A stretch of DNA of 36,752 nt from Chrysochromulina tobinii (lineage: Eukaryota): positions 1 through 36,752 of the forward strand of contig JWZX01003043.1 of assembly GCA_001275005.1 (NCBI GenBank), written 5' to 3'. Below are positions 9,172 through 18,447 of the stretch, in pieces. A model generated the notes under the pieces. It made no database searches, had not been told where the DNA came from, and saw only the letters and a list, made by a program, of their open reading frames with translations. The translations under genes were made by a program, and so were the position numbers. How positions within the stretch are numbered: position 1 is the first letter of the stretch; every line of letters begins with the position of its first letter.

Positions 9172-11010
9172 TTAACTATCCTCGCCTTTTGCCGCCGTCT
9201 CCTCGCCCGCCTCCTCGCCCGCCCCCCGGAAGGCGTTCGATGCGCATTCATCGCCCAGCAAGAGCAGCTCGCGCACGAATTTCGAGGGCTGGTGCATTCT
9301 GCGGGCCACGTCGATGGGGCGCCGCCCGTCGTAGTCAGCAAGCCACAAGTCGGGAGGGTTCGCGTGTCGGAGCAGCCGCAGGCCCTCGACGTCGTCGTGC
9401 GCGGCCGCAAGGTGACCGGGCGTCGCGCCACGCGCATCGGCTGCCGCGGTGGACGCGCGAGCGCCGAGCAGGGTGCGTACGCACTCGAGGCGCCTCTCGT
9501 GCAGCTTGACGCACCGTGAGCATCGGCAGCCGTTGGTGCCCTCTCCCAGTCGATGGGCCGCCAGGTGCAGAGGCGTCCAACCGACCGCGTCCGCCTGCGA
9601 CGGCTTCGACTGCGAACCACCCAGGCTAAGCAGCGCAGCGAGTGCCGCCGGGTGAGAGTGGTTCGCGGCCACGTGGAGAGGCGTCCATCCAAAATGCGTG
9701 GGGCGCACCATGTCGACCCCGGCCTCGCGCAGTGCGCGCAGGCACGCCACCGAGCCCGAGCGCGCCGCGTAGTGCGCCGCGCTCCTGCCGGCATCGTCCA
9801 CCACGTCAATCGCTGCGCCCGCCTGCACCAGGAACTGGAGGGTCTTCAGTTGCGCACCCACTGCTGAGGCGTGCAAGGCCGTCGCGCCAAAAGCATCCGG
9901 TGCGTCGATCAGCGCACCAGCGGCGAGCAACGTCGCGGTCGCCTCGCGCGCGCCGGCATGAGCGGCGAGGATGATAGGTGGACATCCGCCACGCCTCTCA
10001 AGCGGGGCAGCCCCCGCGCCCTCGGTGGGCCGACGAGGCGCGTAACCACCGTTGGCATCTGCGCCCCTGCTTAGCAGCAATCGAAGTGGCGCGACGCGGT
10101 TGTGCTCGGCAGCAACGTCGAGCGCGCTCCAGCCGCCGGCATCGCGCGCGTCGACCTCGACGCCATGGTCGAGCAGCAGCTGCAGCGCACGCACGCGCCG
10201 GCATGCCGGATCGGCACACCGGCAGCACGTCGTCGCATAGTGCAACGCGCGACGGCCACGCGCGTCCGGACGCTCCACGTTGGCACCACCGCCAAGCAGC
10301 ACCTCAAGGGCCTCAGGCGCGTCGGCAGCGGCGGCGGCGTGGCATGCGGTGCGCTTCTTCTTGTCGATGCCCTCGACGCTTGCCCCATGCCGCAGCAGCA
10401 CCTCCGCCGCCTCCGCCGCGTTCGACCACGCTGCGAGATGCAAAGGCCTCACGCCTTTGCGGCCGCGCCTCTCAGGTTTGGCACCGGCCTCGAGCAGCAG
10501 CGTGCACACGTGCGGCAGGTTGAGTGTGCTCGCCGCGTGCAGTGCCGTCGTGCCCTTGGCGTCCGCCTTGTCGACCGAGGCACCCTCGCGCAGCAGTCGC
10601 TCGAGGCATGCAGTGCGCTGGTCACCTGCAAGGACGGAGAGGTGCAGAGGTATCACGTTGAGCTCTCCTGCAGGCCGCTCGTAGTCCGCGCCCGCACGCA
10701 ACAGGGCGTCGAGCCGGTCAATGTCTTGCTCGATCACGCTGCGGTGCACGCGCGTGAGCCCCAGCTCGTCCGCCTGGTTGAGCTCCTGGCGTAGCGTGTG
10801 CCCGAGCTGCTCCAGTTGCGACTTGAGCTCGGGCGGCATCGGAAGCTCACGATCAGCCACATTCTCGAGCAGCGCGGAGAGCGAGCGGAGGCGATTCACA
10901 ACAGGCGCGGCGTGGAGAACTGGGACCAGGACGAGCGGGAACAGGAGGAGCTGCAGCAACGCGCCTCGCATTGAAAAAAGAGATTTCACTTGTAGCAACG
11001 CGCCTCGCAT
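9172..11010 (-). CDS. Ankyrin-repeat protein with an N-terminal signal peptide
   Basis: About a dozen G.TPLH.AA / LL..GA.V repeats (e.g. GTTALHAAS, GVRPLHLAA, GWTPLHVAA). The N-terminus MRGALLQLLLFPLVLVPVLHA is signal-peptide-like. The start is ATG 11010 or ATG 10971 (duplicated). Confidence 0.9.
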   Translation of the reverse strand: MRGALLQVKSLFSMRGALLQLLLFPLVLVPVLHAAPVVNRLRSLSALLENVADRELPMPPELKSQLEQLGHTLRQELNQADELGLTRVHRSVIEQDIDRLDALLRAGADYERPAGELNVIPLHLSVLAGDQRTACLERLLREGASVDKADAKGTTALHAASTLNLPHVCTLLLEAGAKPERRGRKGVRPLHLAAWSNAAEAAEVLLRHGASVEGIDKKKRTACHAAAAADAPEALEVLLGGGANVERPDARGRRALHYATTCCRCADPACRRVRALQLLLDHGVEVDARDAGGWSALDVAAEHNRVAPLRLLLSRGADANGGYAPRRPTEGAGAAPLERRGGCPPIILAAHAGAREATATLLAAGALIDAPDAFGATALHASAVGAQLKTLQFLVQAGAAIDVVDDAGRSAAHYAARSGSVACLRALREAGVDMVRPTHFGWTPLHVAANHSHPAALAALLSLGGSQSKPSQADAVGWTPLHLAAHRLGEGTNGCRCSRCVKLHERRLECVRTLLGARASTAAADARGATPGHLAAAHDDVEGLRLLRHANPPDLWLADYDGRRPIDVARRMHQPSKFVRELLLLGDECASNAFRGAGEEAGEETAAKGEDS

Positions 11011-11029
11011 TGAAAAAAGAGATTTCACT
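10955..11029. repeat. Tandem duplication (36 nt identical, period 39) spanning the ankyrin gene start codon
   Basis: AGCAACGCGCCTCGCATTGAAAAAAGAGATTTCACT occurs at 10955-10990 and 10994-11029. Confidence 0.95.
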
Positions 11030-11201
11030 GTGAACGTAAACACGGCAGGACGCGACAAGAGTTAGCCGTTGCGTAACCCGTTGGCTGTGAAGATGCAATG
11101 CGAAATTCCAAAGCTGCAATGGTGTGTGTTTGTCAATAACGTTTGATCTCGCGACATCGTCGCTTGCATCGCCACACGCTCAAAGCACGACAAGTACCCC
11201 A

Positions 11202-12353
11202 TCAATCCCTCCCATTCGCAGGCAAAGGCACGACCGCTGACTCTGCAGCAACGCTGCCTCCAACGACGGCGCCGCAACTACCCTCCGCGTTGCTCGTCTC
11301 CACCACTCTGCAGCTCGCGGCAGCACCGCCGCCACTTGTGCCAGCGGAGCCGCAACCTCCAGCGCCGCCGCGTACCTCGCCGCTGCCGACACACGCCCCT
11401 CCACCAGCAGCACCGCTAGCCGCCGACGCCTCAACCTTGCCCGCCGCCGCCGCCCTGGCGGCCGCTGCGTTGCGTGCGCGTATCGGAACAAACGGCTCCG
11501 TGAATACATCGAGGAGGCGGCGCACTTTGCGATCGCCCAGGCCTGGGCATGCAGTGAGCTCCTCCTCGGTGGCGCTCAGGATGCTCGCAAGCGATCCGAA
11601 GCGCGTGTGCAGAGTGGCCACGTCATTCTTATTGAGCGAGCGTACGGGGTGGAGCGCGTCGGCGAGCTGCGCAAGTAGCGAGCCGTCGTGACGCTCCTTG
11701 ATGAGATCGGCCGGCTTCTTGGCGAAGGCTCGGAAGGTCTCGAGGTAGCGCGCGGCTTCGACCACGCTGAAGGCAAGCACCGTCGTCGCGTCCTGCCGCA
11801 GCGCCTTTTGAGTGATCGCGAGGACCGGCTCGTCCGGGTCGTCGCAGTCAACGAGCACCAGCACGATCCGCAGCGTGTAGCCGAGCGTGAGCTCGAGTAG
11901 CCGGCGCGTAACATAGTTGGGGTGCAGCAGGTGGTAGCGTATTGAGAGGAAGAGCGCGCACGTTGTCTCTGAGAGCACGTAGTCTGCAGTTGTCTCGCCG
12001 TACTGCCATGGCACGTTGCGGATGGCGCGTAGCACCGGATTGCCCTGCTGTCGGCGGGAGACGAGGATCGCGGTTGGGTTGAACGGCGCGGGCGCCGCAG
12101 CAGCGGAAGAGCCTGCGGCGCGAGCTGCCGAGGAGATTGTGGACGAAGAGGTTGCTGTGCTGGGTCCTGTGGGCAACACCGATTGTGGCGGTGCTGCCGA
12201 GGGTAGCGGTGGCATGATGCCGCCTACGGCGACGGCGGGAGCTGGCGCTGGTGCAGTGAGTTGCGACGACGAAGGAACAAATAAGCTCGTGGCCGCGTTC
12301 TTCTTGCGCTCGCGAGCGGCCGCTACCTCCAAGGCAGTCGGCAGACGCGACAT
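11202..12353 (-). CDS. ERCC1: DNA excision repair protein ERCC1 (Rad10)
   Basis: The central domain reads ILVSRRQQGNPVLRAIRNVPW..ADYVL..TCALFLSIRYHLLHPNY..LRIVLVLVD..EAARYLETFR, followed by a HhH2 domain (CPGLGDRKVRRL). Likely start is ATG 12353. Confidence 0.95.
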   Translation of the reverse strand: MSRLPTALEVAAARERKKNAATSLFVPSSSQLTAPAPAPAVAVGGIMPPLPSAAPPQSVLPTGPSTATSSSTISSAARAAGSSAAAAPAPFNPTAILVSRRQQGNPVLRAIRNVPWQYGETTADYVLSETTCALFLSIRYHLLHPNYVTRRLLELTLGYTLRIVLVLVDCDDPDEPVLAITQKALRQDATTVLAFSVVEAARYLETFRAFAKKPADLIKERHDGSLLAQLADALHPVRSLNKNDVATLHTRFGSLASILSATEEELTACPGLGDRKVRRLLDVFTEPFVPIRARNAAAARAAAAGKVEASAASGAAGGGACVGSGEVRGGAGGCGSAGTSGGGAAASCRVVETSNAEGSCGAVVGGSVAAESAVVPLPANGRD

Positions 12354-12542
12354 AGGTTTCCTACCGGTATGAATTATCGCGTTGTGTGGGGCGCGAATAA
12401 CAAACATTGGCTGTGAATAGAAAGATAAGATTCCTCTCCCACAAAGGTGTTTCTCAAAACGGTGCCTCTCCCTAGGCGCGCCGGACTCGTTTTGTAAAAG
12501 TGACAGCTTTCTCATGTTGTGTGTCCCTTCAGACCTTGGTCG

Positions 12543-13049
12543 CTATCGTGAATTATGAGCCGTGTGGCTGATGTAGGTGCTCCAGCCAAATGTGAGAAGC
12601 ACCGTGGTCGTTGGCCGTATGTGTGCTGGTATGAGCGAAAACGCAAACAGGTTGTACGGCAGCCACACGCGCATCTCGTTCACGAGCACGCCTGGCATGG
12701 CTGCGCAAACATCAGTAGAGGAGGTGCCACGCAGCCCCATCGAGGCTGCGTTGCCAAATGTACCCAACAGGGCTATATCAGCCAGCGATTTGAAGACGAC
12801 GGCGCGGCCGCTGGTCCCTGGCCACGTGCCGTCAAGCAGGCGATACACCGCTGGCACGAGTACGGCTGACCAAAAGCCGCCAATCGCTGCCGCTCGTACG
12901 GCGCGAGATGTGCTCATCGACGGCGACTCCTCAATGGCTTGAGCAAGGACGTCGCCGGCCGCGCCGAGAGTAGCGCCTTGCAAACCATTCGTCGTGATAG
13001 GACGGTGCACCAGTGCGGACGTATAGGCCGCGGAGATCCGCTGCCACAT
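12543..13049 (-). CDS. Mpv17/PMP22 family membrane protein
   Basis: Motifs Y..AL..RPITT, GAAGDVLAQ.IE and VWLPYNLFAFSLIPAHIRP....TFGWSTYIS, with four hydrophobic segments. Confidence 0.9.
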   Translation of the reverse strand: MWQRISAAYTSALVHRPITTNGLQGATLGAAGDVLAQAIEESPSMSTSRAVRAAAIGGFWSAVLVPAVYRLLDGTWPGTSGRAVVFKSLADIALLGTFGNAASMGLRGTSSTDVCAAMPGVLVNEMRVWLPYNLFAFSLIPAHIRPTTTVLLTFGWSTYISHTAHNSR

Positions 13050-13291
13050 TTTGCTCGAAGAAGAGTTTTCCTGTGAACAGCCAAAGAATTCAAGTTACCC
13101 TCGACACCGGACCTCAGTGATACCGAGGCGTCTTTTCGCGATCCCTAGGATTCCGTCTTCAGTTTACGGGTTTGCTGAAACCCCCTCCACCTAAAAATAA
13201 AGTACAAGCGCGCGGCGAATCAAATGAGGTCTGTGAGCCCTAGGGAATGAGAGTGTGACCCTGCAACGTCTGCGAAGAAGGTTCCGAGTTC

Positions 13292-15160
13292 TCATTGCGG
13301 CAGCGCCTCTGGCGCCCCAGTACCACCCAAGCTAAGTGCGCTAAGGGTGGCCTGGATAACGTCGCACGTCGGCGGTGCCGTACCCGGCGAGGGCGAGGGC
13401 GCGTCGGCCGCGACGGAGACCCTGAGCTCGGCCGTCTGAAACGCGCCGTGGTGAGCGGCGACGGCGTCTGGCACGTGGACGTCCGCGGCGGCAGCTGCGC
13501 CCGCGAGCGTCGTCGTCGTCGGCGGCAGCGGCGGTGGCATCGGTACGGCCCGCCCAAGGTCGCTGAACACGCCGAGGATTCGTTCCACGGCGCGGCCACG
13601 GAGCAAGAGGTCAAAGCGCGTCTTAGCATTCCGGTATCTCAGCACGTCGTCCACGGCGCGCTCGGGGATGCTCAGCACGGCGTTCGTTGGCCGGAGCGTC
13701 GTCGGGTGCACAGGCACGAAGCGCACTTGCACGGGGAAGCGGCCGTCGCCCCCAAAGGCGCTCGGCTCGAGCTCCAGGCCCGCGGCACCATCAGGTTGGA
13801 ACACCCCGAGGAGCTTTCTGGTACGCACGTTGAAGAGGAAGAGCAGCGACGAGCCACTGAGCTTCGAAAGCAGCGAAGCTTGGCTCTTGGGCAACCCGAG
13901 TAGCCGACGCGAGAGGCACTCGTCCTCGGTCGTCGGGTCGCAGATGAACACCATCCCATTGCGATGCGAGCGATCGCCGCCGCTGCCGTGTCGCTCACCG
14001 CCGCTGCCGTGTCGCTCACCGCCGCTGCCGTGTCGCTCACCGCTGTGTTGTCGCTCGCCGCTCCCGTGTGGGTGCGGCGACCCGCCGCATGCACCCACAC
14101 GCGGCGTTTTCCATCGCTCGTCGGCGCCCACGCCAACGGTCTCGGCACCTCCCATTGTGTCCGCTGCTTCCGGAAGCGTCGGCCGCCGACTGGTCGCCAC
14201 GCCCAAGACAACGCTCGATGGCTGGATCGCGTGCGACATCCCGCTCAGAGGCGTGGCGCGCGGGTCGCCGCACTGATGGAGCAGCTGCGCGAGCCGCGCC
14301 GCGGCTCCCTCACCCATCTGCAGCTCGAAGCGGTTGTGCGTGCCGTGGTACTCGAGCGCTGGTCGCGCTCTTTCTTCTGACAAAGCGAGCACCGTCGCTC
14401 CGTCGAGGCGCACGCGCACCTGGAGAGGGAAGCGCGAGCCGCCGCCGGCGTCCTCGCCAAAGGCGTGAGGCTCGAGGTTCTGCTGCGGCCAAGTCGTCGC
14501 ACGGAACAGCCCGAGCACGTGCCGGGTGCGCACGTTGAAGAGGAACAGCAACGTTGTCTCGGGTACGATGGCGCGCACGATGGCGGTCTGCGTCGCGGGC
14601 AGGCCGAAGAGACCACGTTGCAGGCACTCGGCTTCGGTGCGCGGATCGCATAGGAAGATGACGCCGCCCTGCGGCATGCGTGGCAGCCCTGCAATGGGCG
14701 AAGGGATCAGTGGAGCAAAGTGCTGCGGCAGCTGCTGGTGCTGCGGGTGCGGAGGCTGCTGCGAAAGTTGATGGACGTGCTGCTGCGGCGGCGATGGGTG
14801 CGGCTGCTGAATAGCCGACCCGCCGTGCTGCTGCTGCTGCTGCTGCTGCTGTAGATACGACGGGGTTGGGTACGACTGCTGCATGTAAGGCGGCATGCAG
14901 GAGTATCCGCGCAAATCCTGGTGGTGCCAGGAAGTAGGGCCATCAAAGAGCCACGCGCCTTCCTGCGGTGACCAGCTGTCACCGTGCCAGCCCACAGGCA
15001 AGCTATTGCCTCCAGGCGGCAGAGGCGGCATCACGCCTGGCTGCTCAGGAGGCAGCGGTGGCGCCCAGCTGCCGGCCGAGCTGCTAGGCGCCCCCTGCCC
15101 ACTCTCCGGGGGCAGGGGAGGCATGCCGGGAGCGGCCGACTCCCGGTCTGGGTCTGGCAT
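13292..15160 (-). CDS. Protein with two DCD (development and cell death) domains and a Pro/Gln-rich N-terminus
   Basis: GGVIFLCDPRTEAECLQRGLFGLP...LFLFNVRTR..LGLF...RFPLQVRV and GMVFICDPTTEDECLSRRLLGLP...LFLFNVRTRKLLGVF...RFPVQVRF. The first in-frame ATG is 15160; the track start at 15232 is a GTG. Confidence 0.9.
   Translation of the reverse strand: MPDPDRESAAPGMPPLPPESGQGAPSSSAGSWAPPLPPEQPGVMPPLPPGGNSLPVGWHGDSWSPQEGAWLFDGPTSWHHQDLRGYSCMPPYMQQSYPTPSYLQQQQQQQQHGGSAIQQPHPSPPQQHVHQLSQQPPHPQHQQLPQHFAPLIPSPIAGLPRMPQGGVIFLCDPRTEAECLQRGLFGLPATQTAIVRAIVPETTLLFLFNVRTRHVLGLFRATTWPQQNLEPHAFGEDAGGGSRFPLQVRVRLDGATVLALSEERARPALEYHGTHNRFELQMGEGAAARLAQLLHQCGDPRATPLSGMSHAIQPSSVVLGVATSRRPTLPEAADTMGGAETVGVGADERWKTPRVGACGGSPHPHGSGERQHSGERHGSGGERHGSGGERHGSGGDRSHRNGMVFICDPTTEDECLSRRLLGLPKSQASLLSKLSGSSLLFLFNVRTRKLLGVFQPDGAAGLELEPSAFGGDGRFPVQVRFVPVHPTTLRPTNAVLSIPERAVDDVLRYRNAKTRFDLLLRGRAVERILGVFSDLGRAVPMPPPLPPTTTTLAGAAAAADVHVPDAVAAHHGAFQTAELRVSVAADAPSPSPGTAPPTCDVIQATLSALSLGGTGAPEALPQ
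13977..14060. repeat. Coding 21-nt tandem repeat (GSGGERH) in the linker between the DCD domains
   Basis: CCGCCGCTGCCGTGTCGCTCA three times, plus degenerate copies. Confidence 0.85.
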
Positions 15161-15644
15161 GGGCGAAAGGCAGCCAAGCCCACCGTCGGGGCCCGATCGA
15201 TGCCGGAATAAATGCTCTGTTGGGAGCTCCACTTCTCTTCATTTCCGCCCCCGGTCAATTTATCCGCTTCGTCAACTCCGTACTTATGCGTGCTCGCGCG
15301 GGAAGTCACGAATCAAATTGGAGCCTACAACCTGCCATCGCGGGTGCCCAATATGTTCTGAGGCGACCACGGTATTAACGTTAATAACGTTATCCTCACC
15401 ATCATGCATCATCATCGTCTCGTTACGTTGTATTCGGGTATCACAACAAATCTCAACACGAGACAGTATCGGGCACAAGATCTCAGAGATGAGACCTCAC
15501 GTAGAAGAGCTCGCCATCGTCCGCCGCCGCGCATCAGCCGCCCGCGCGTCGCCCCCTCCAGGCTCCAGCACGCGACCCCAGCTGAGCAGGGGACGATCGT
15601 AGGGCACCAGGTCGAGGTGAACGACCGCGGACTCAAAGCTCGGA

Positions 15645-17024
15645 TCATCGGAGCTCATACCGACCAAGCGTCTCGTCTTTGAGTTTGGCCTGGCGATCGC
15701 CATCAGGCTCGAGCCAGGCGACCTGCTTCACGATCTTGAGAAACTCCTCCTGATCCTCTTTGCATGAGATGAGCGGTTTGAAGTGACGGATGAGCTCCTT
15801 GATGGGCAGCTTCCCCTTTTCATGGAGAAGCATCACGATGTCACGCTCCTCGAAGCGCCGCCGCTGCTGGCTGCGAGCGAGCTGCGCGGCCGTCTCCTTC
15901 GCCAGGCGCGCGCGCTTCGCCGCCTCCTCCGCGGCCGCACTCGGCGAGAGCGGCCGCTTGCCACCTGCGCCCGTCGCACTCGCGCCCGCAGCCCCGGCCG
16001 GCGCGGCGTCCGCCTCAGCGTCCGCCTCCGCCACGGGCTGGCCGGCACTAAGAATCCTCCTGAGCGCCTCGGCGCCTTCGTCCAGCGGATCCTCATCGTC
16101 CTCATCCGAGCCGTCCTCATCCGCGCGCATGGCACGCCGCTCGGCCCTCAGGTCTTCCTTGGTACGGCGCAGGTGGTCAGAAATGCCGCGCTGGAGCCGA
16201 CGGTCGTCGTCCGAGTCGTCGTCCTCCTCCTGCGCGGCGGCGGCCGCCGCCGCAAGGGCTTCCGGATCGTCTTCATGTTCGACTGCCGACCCCGGATTGC
16301 GCATCGAGGCCCTTGTATGCTGAGCTTGCAGCCGCCCCTGTAGGCCTTCCTGCTCGTCGTCGTCAAAAATCCCCTCGTCCTCGTCGTCATCTGCGCGGAA
16401 CTCGTCATCCTCCATGTCGAGGCCGTCGTTGCCGTCCTCGTCCTTGTCCCCGAGGCCGTGGCTGTACTTGTTAAACTCGACTTGTTGGTGATGATCCCAG
16501 TCGGGCCCGGCGCCGTCGTCGAAGTCGTCAGCATCGAGCATGCCGCCCGCGCCACCGCGGCCGCCTAGACCGCCGCCACCCGCCTCCTCGTCGTCGTCGA
16601 CGTCCTTCTGGGTTAGTTTCTTGAGCTTCATCTCCGCCTTGAGCGCCTTCCTGTCCTTGGCTGCCAGGAGCGCCTCTGCATCATCGATGCCGAGCGTCCT
16701 GTGCGTGATAGACGGCCGGAACGTGTACCATGCCGCGAGTGGCGTGATCGTCATGACGCCGTTGCGCGCATCGCGGCGCACGACGACGTAATCGCTCGAC
16801 TGATCTGCCCCGACGCCGACCATCTCGCGTGTGCCCTCGTACCGCTTGCCGCCCGCTTGCAGCAGCATGCCCTGCTCTCTGGGCCGACCGGTCGTGCGGC
16901 GCGACACCTTGGGTACGGCGCCAGTGGTCGTCTCGAGCGCTGGCACGCGGTCGCGGAACTTGGCCGCCTCGAGCACGCGTCCCTCGGCGGGCAGCGCGCG
17001 AAGAGAGAAGGACCCATTTTTCAT
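15645..17024 (-). CDS. Transcription factor TFIIF large subunit (RAP74/Tfg1-like)
   Basis: YEGTRE...DYVVV...PLAAWYTFRPSITHRTLGIDDAEALL matches the TFIIF-alpha N-domain pattern. It has a long acidic linker and a C-terminal winged-helix-like segment (EERDIVMLLHEKGKLPIKELIRHFK..EFLKIVKQVA). Likely start is ATG 17024. Confidence 0.75.
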   Translation of the reverse strand: MKNGSFSLRALPAEGRVLEAAKFRDRVPALETTTGAVPKVSRRTTGRPREQGMLLQAGGKRYEGTREMVGVGADQSSDYVVVRRDARNGVMTITPLAAWYTFRPSITHRTLGIDDAEALLAAKDRKALKAEMKLKKLTQKDVDDDEEAGGGGLGGRGGAGGMLDADDFDDGAGPDWDHHQQVEFNKYSHGLGDKDEDGNDGLDMEDDEFRADDDEDEGIFDDDEQEGLQGRLQAQHTRASMRNPGSAVEHEDDPEALAAAAAAAQEEDDDSDDDRRLQRGISDHLRRTKEDLRAERRAMRADEDGSDEDDEDPLDEGAEALRRILSAGQPVAEADAEADAAPAGAAGASATGAGGKRPLSPSAAAEEAAKRARLAKETAAQLARSQQRRRFEERDIVMLLHEKGKLPIKELIRHFKPLISCKEDQEEFLKIVKQVAWLEPDGDRQAKLKDETLGRYELR

Positions 17025-17162
17025 TTCGCGATGTCGAGACTGTGATGAGATGCACAAGTAAGTCGAGTGAATGTACATGTCAAGACGTAACTGGTGGGAC
17101 GCGGAGCACGAAAACTCAAGCTTCAGCGCGTTTTGCGAGATCGAGCGAACTCCTCTTGTGTG

Positions 17163-18007
17163 ATGGCGAGCCACCTTCTAATTGCTCTCCTCGCCCTCGC
17201 GGTCGTGCCGCGTGCTGGGGCATGGCAATTGGGCAGCGTGAGGTATGCAGGCCGTAGCAGAGCGATCCTCCGACAGCCGAGCGGCGCAGTCGTCATGCTC
17301 GAGGCCTTCGGTGCGCGAGCGCCCTCATGTGCGGAACGTGAAACCGTGCCCTCTTCCTTACACGCGTGTCTGCCGCCTCATTCGCTCGCTCGGCAGATCT
17401 CATGCCCGTGGTCGATTGCCTTAAGCTCGATGGCATGGATGCCGTGCAGCAGTGCATGGACAACATCAAGCCCTGGATGGAAATCACTGACGAAGGTGAG
17501 CTCAACTTCTCGCTGAACGCGGTGAACGGCTTCATCGGCGGCAGCGTGGGAGTGGTTGGGACGGTCGTGTCGACCATGCTCAAGAAGAAGGAAGTCAAGG
17601 ACCGCCTCAAATGCTCGTACTGCGAGGGATCGGGACAGATCCTCTGCGGCCACTGCCTTGGCTCGGGCACACTCTCCGTCATGGGCGCGGACGGCGTACT
17701 CACATCGATGCAGTGCCCAAACTGCGAGGGCACCGGCACGGTGGTGTGCATCAACTGCCAGGGCTCGGGCCTCTCGGTGCCCGACGAGTTCCTGCAGGTG
17801 CTGGGCGACGAGGAAGTGGGCTTCACCGAGCAGGATTACATTGGCCTCTTTGACGAAGCACCCTTCAACCCCAAGGCCGTAGGGGCCAAAGCAGGCGAGG
17901 TGGGCTCCGCCACTGCTACGGCCGCCCCGCCTGCCGCCGCGCCGACCGCCGCCGCGCGCTCAAATAGTGCCCCGAACAAGGAGGACTATACGGGTGGCCT
18001 AGGTTGA
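17163..18007 (+). CDS. Plastid-targeted ORANGE-like DnaJ-type zinc-finger protein; exons 17163-17310 and 17397-18007
   Basis: Signal peptide MASHLLIALLALAVVPRAGA-W followed by an Arg/Ser-rich transit-like segment. Intron GTGCGC...CGGCAG (17311-17396) restores the frame. A hydrophobic GGSVGVVG segment precedes four CxxCxGxG motifs, the same arrangement as plant ORANGE (GGAVGVIS...CKYCLGTG). Confidence 0.75.
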
Positions 18008-18447
18008 GCTCGCGAGATCGTCCGAGATCGTGCGCTCACTCACCTTGCCCTGGGGCCGTGCTTCGAGAGAACGCCGAGTACTCCGCCGACGACTGTTGAA
18101 CGTGGGCCGAGGGACGTCACCTGGCGCCTGGCCCGGAGCAGCTTCCAGTTTCCACAGTACAGTGCCATCCACGGACCTGCGCGCCCTCGACGCAAGCTCA
18201 CTTCCGACGTCCGCGCGCCGCGCGCGCGGCGCGCCGCGTCGCGGATCGGAGGTTATATTTTGCGAAATCGGCGCCATGCACCTTCTTTAATACATGTTCC
18301 AACGTCACGCCCAGACCGAGCACGAAGCATCACGAGATGCCGACGGATTGCAACTTTTAAGAAGATAGTACACCAGAGAAAAAGATAAGATTAGTCGTTT
18401 ACTGTCCATGACGCTGGGCGGCGCGGCGCAAAAGGCAAATCAGAGAT

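Noticed and set aside
3403..12353. Functional DNA-repair cluster (WWE-protease near ERCC1)
   Set aside because: The genes are separated by unrelated genes, and neighbourhood in a eukaryotic genome is weak evidence without conserved synteny.
12354..12515. N-terminal extensions in the ORF track (ERCC1 from 12515; likewise TFIIF 17174, NUDT22 28364, CWC21 34808)
   Set aside because: They run through AT-richer intergenic-like sequence or start at non-ATG codons. Downstream ATGs fit the family N-termini or composition better.
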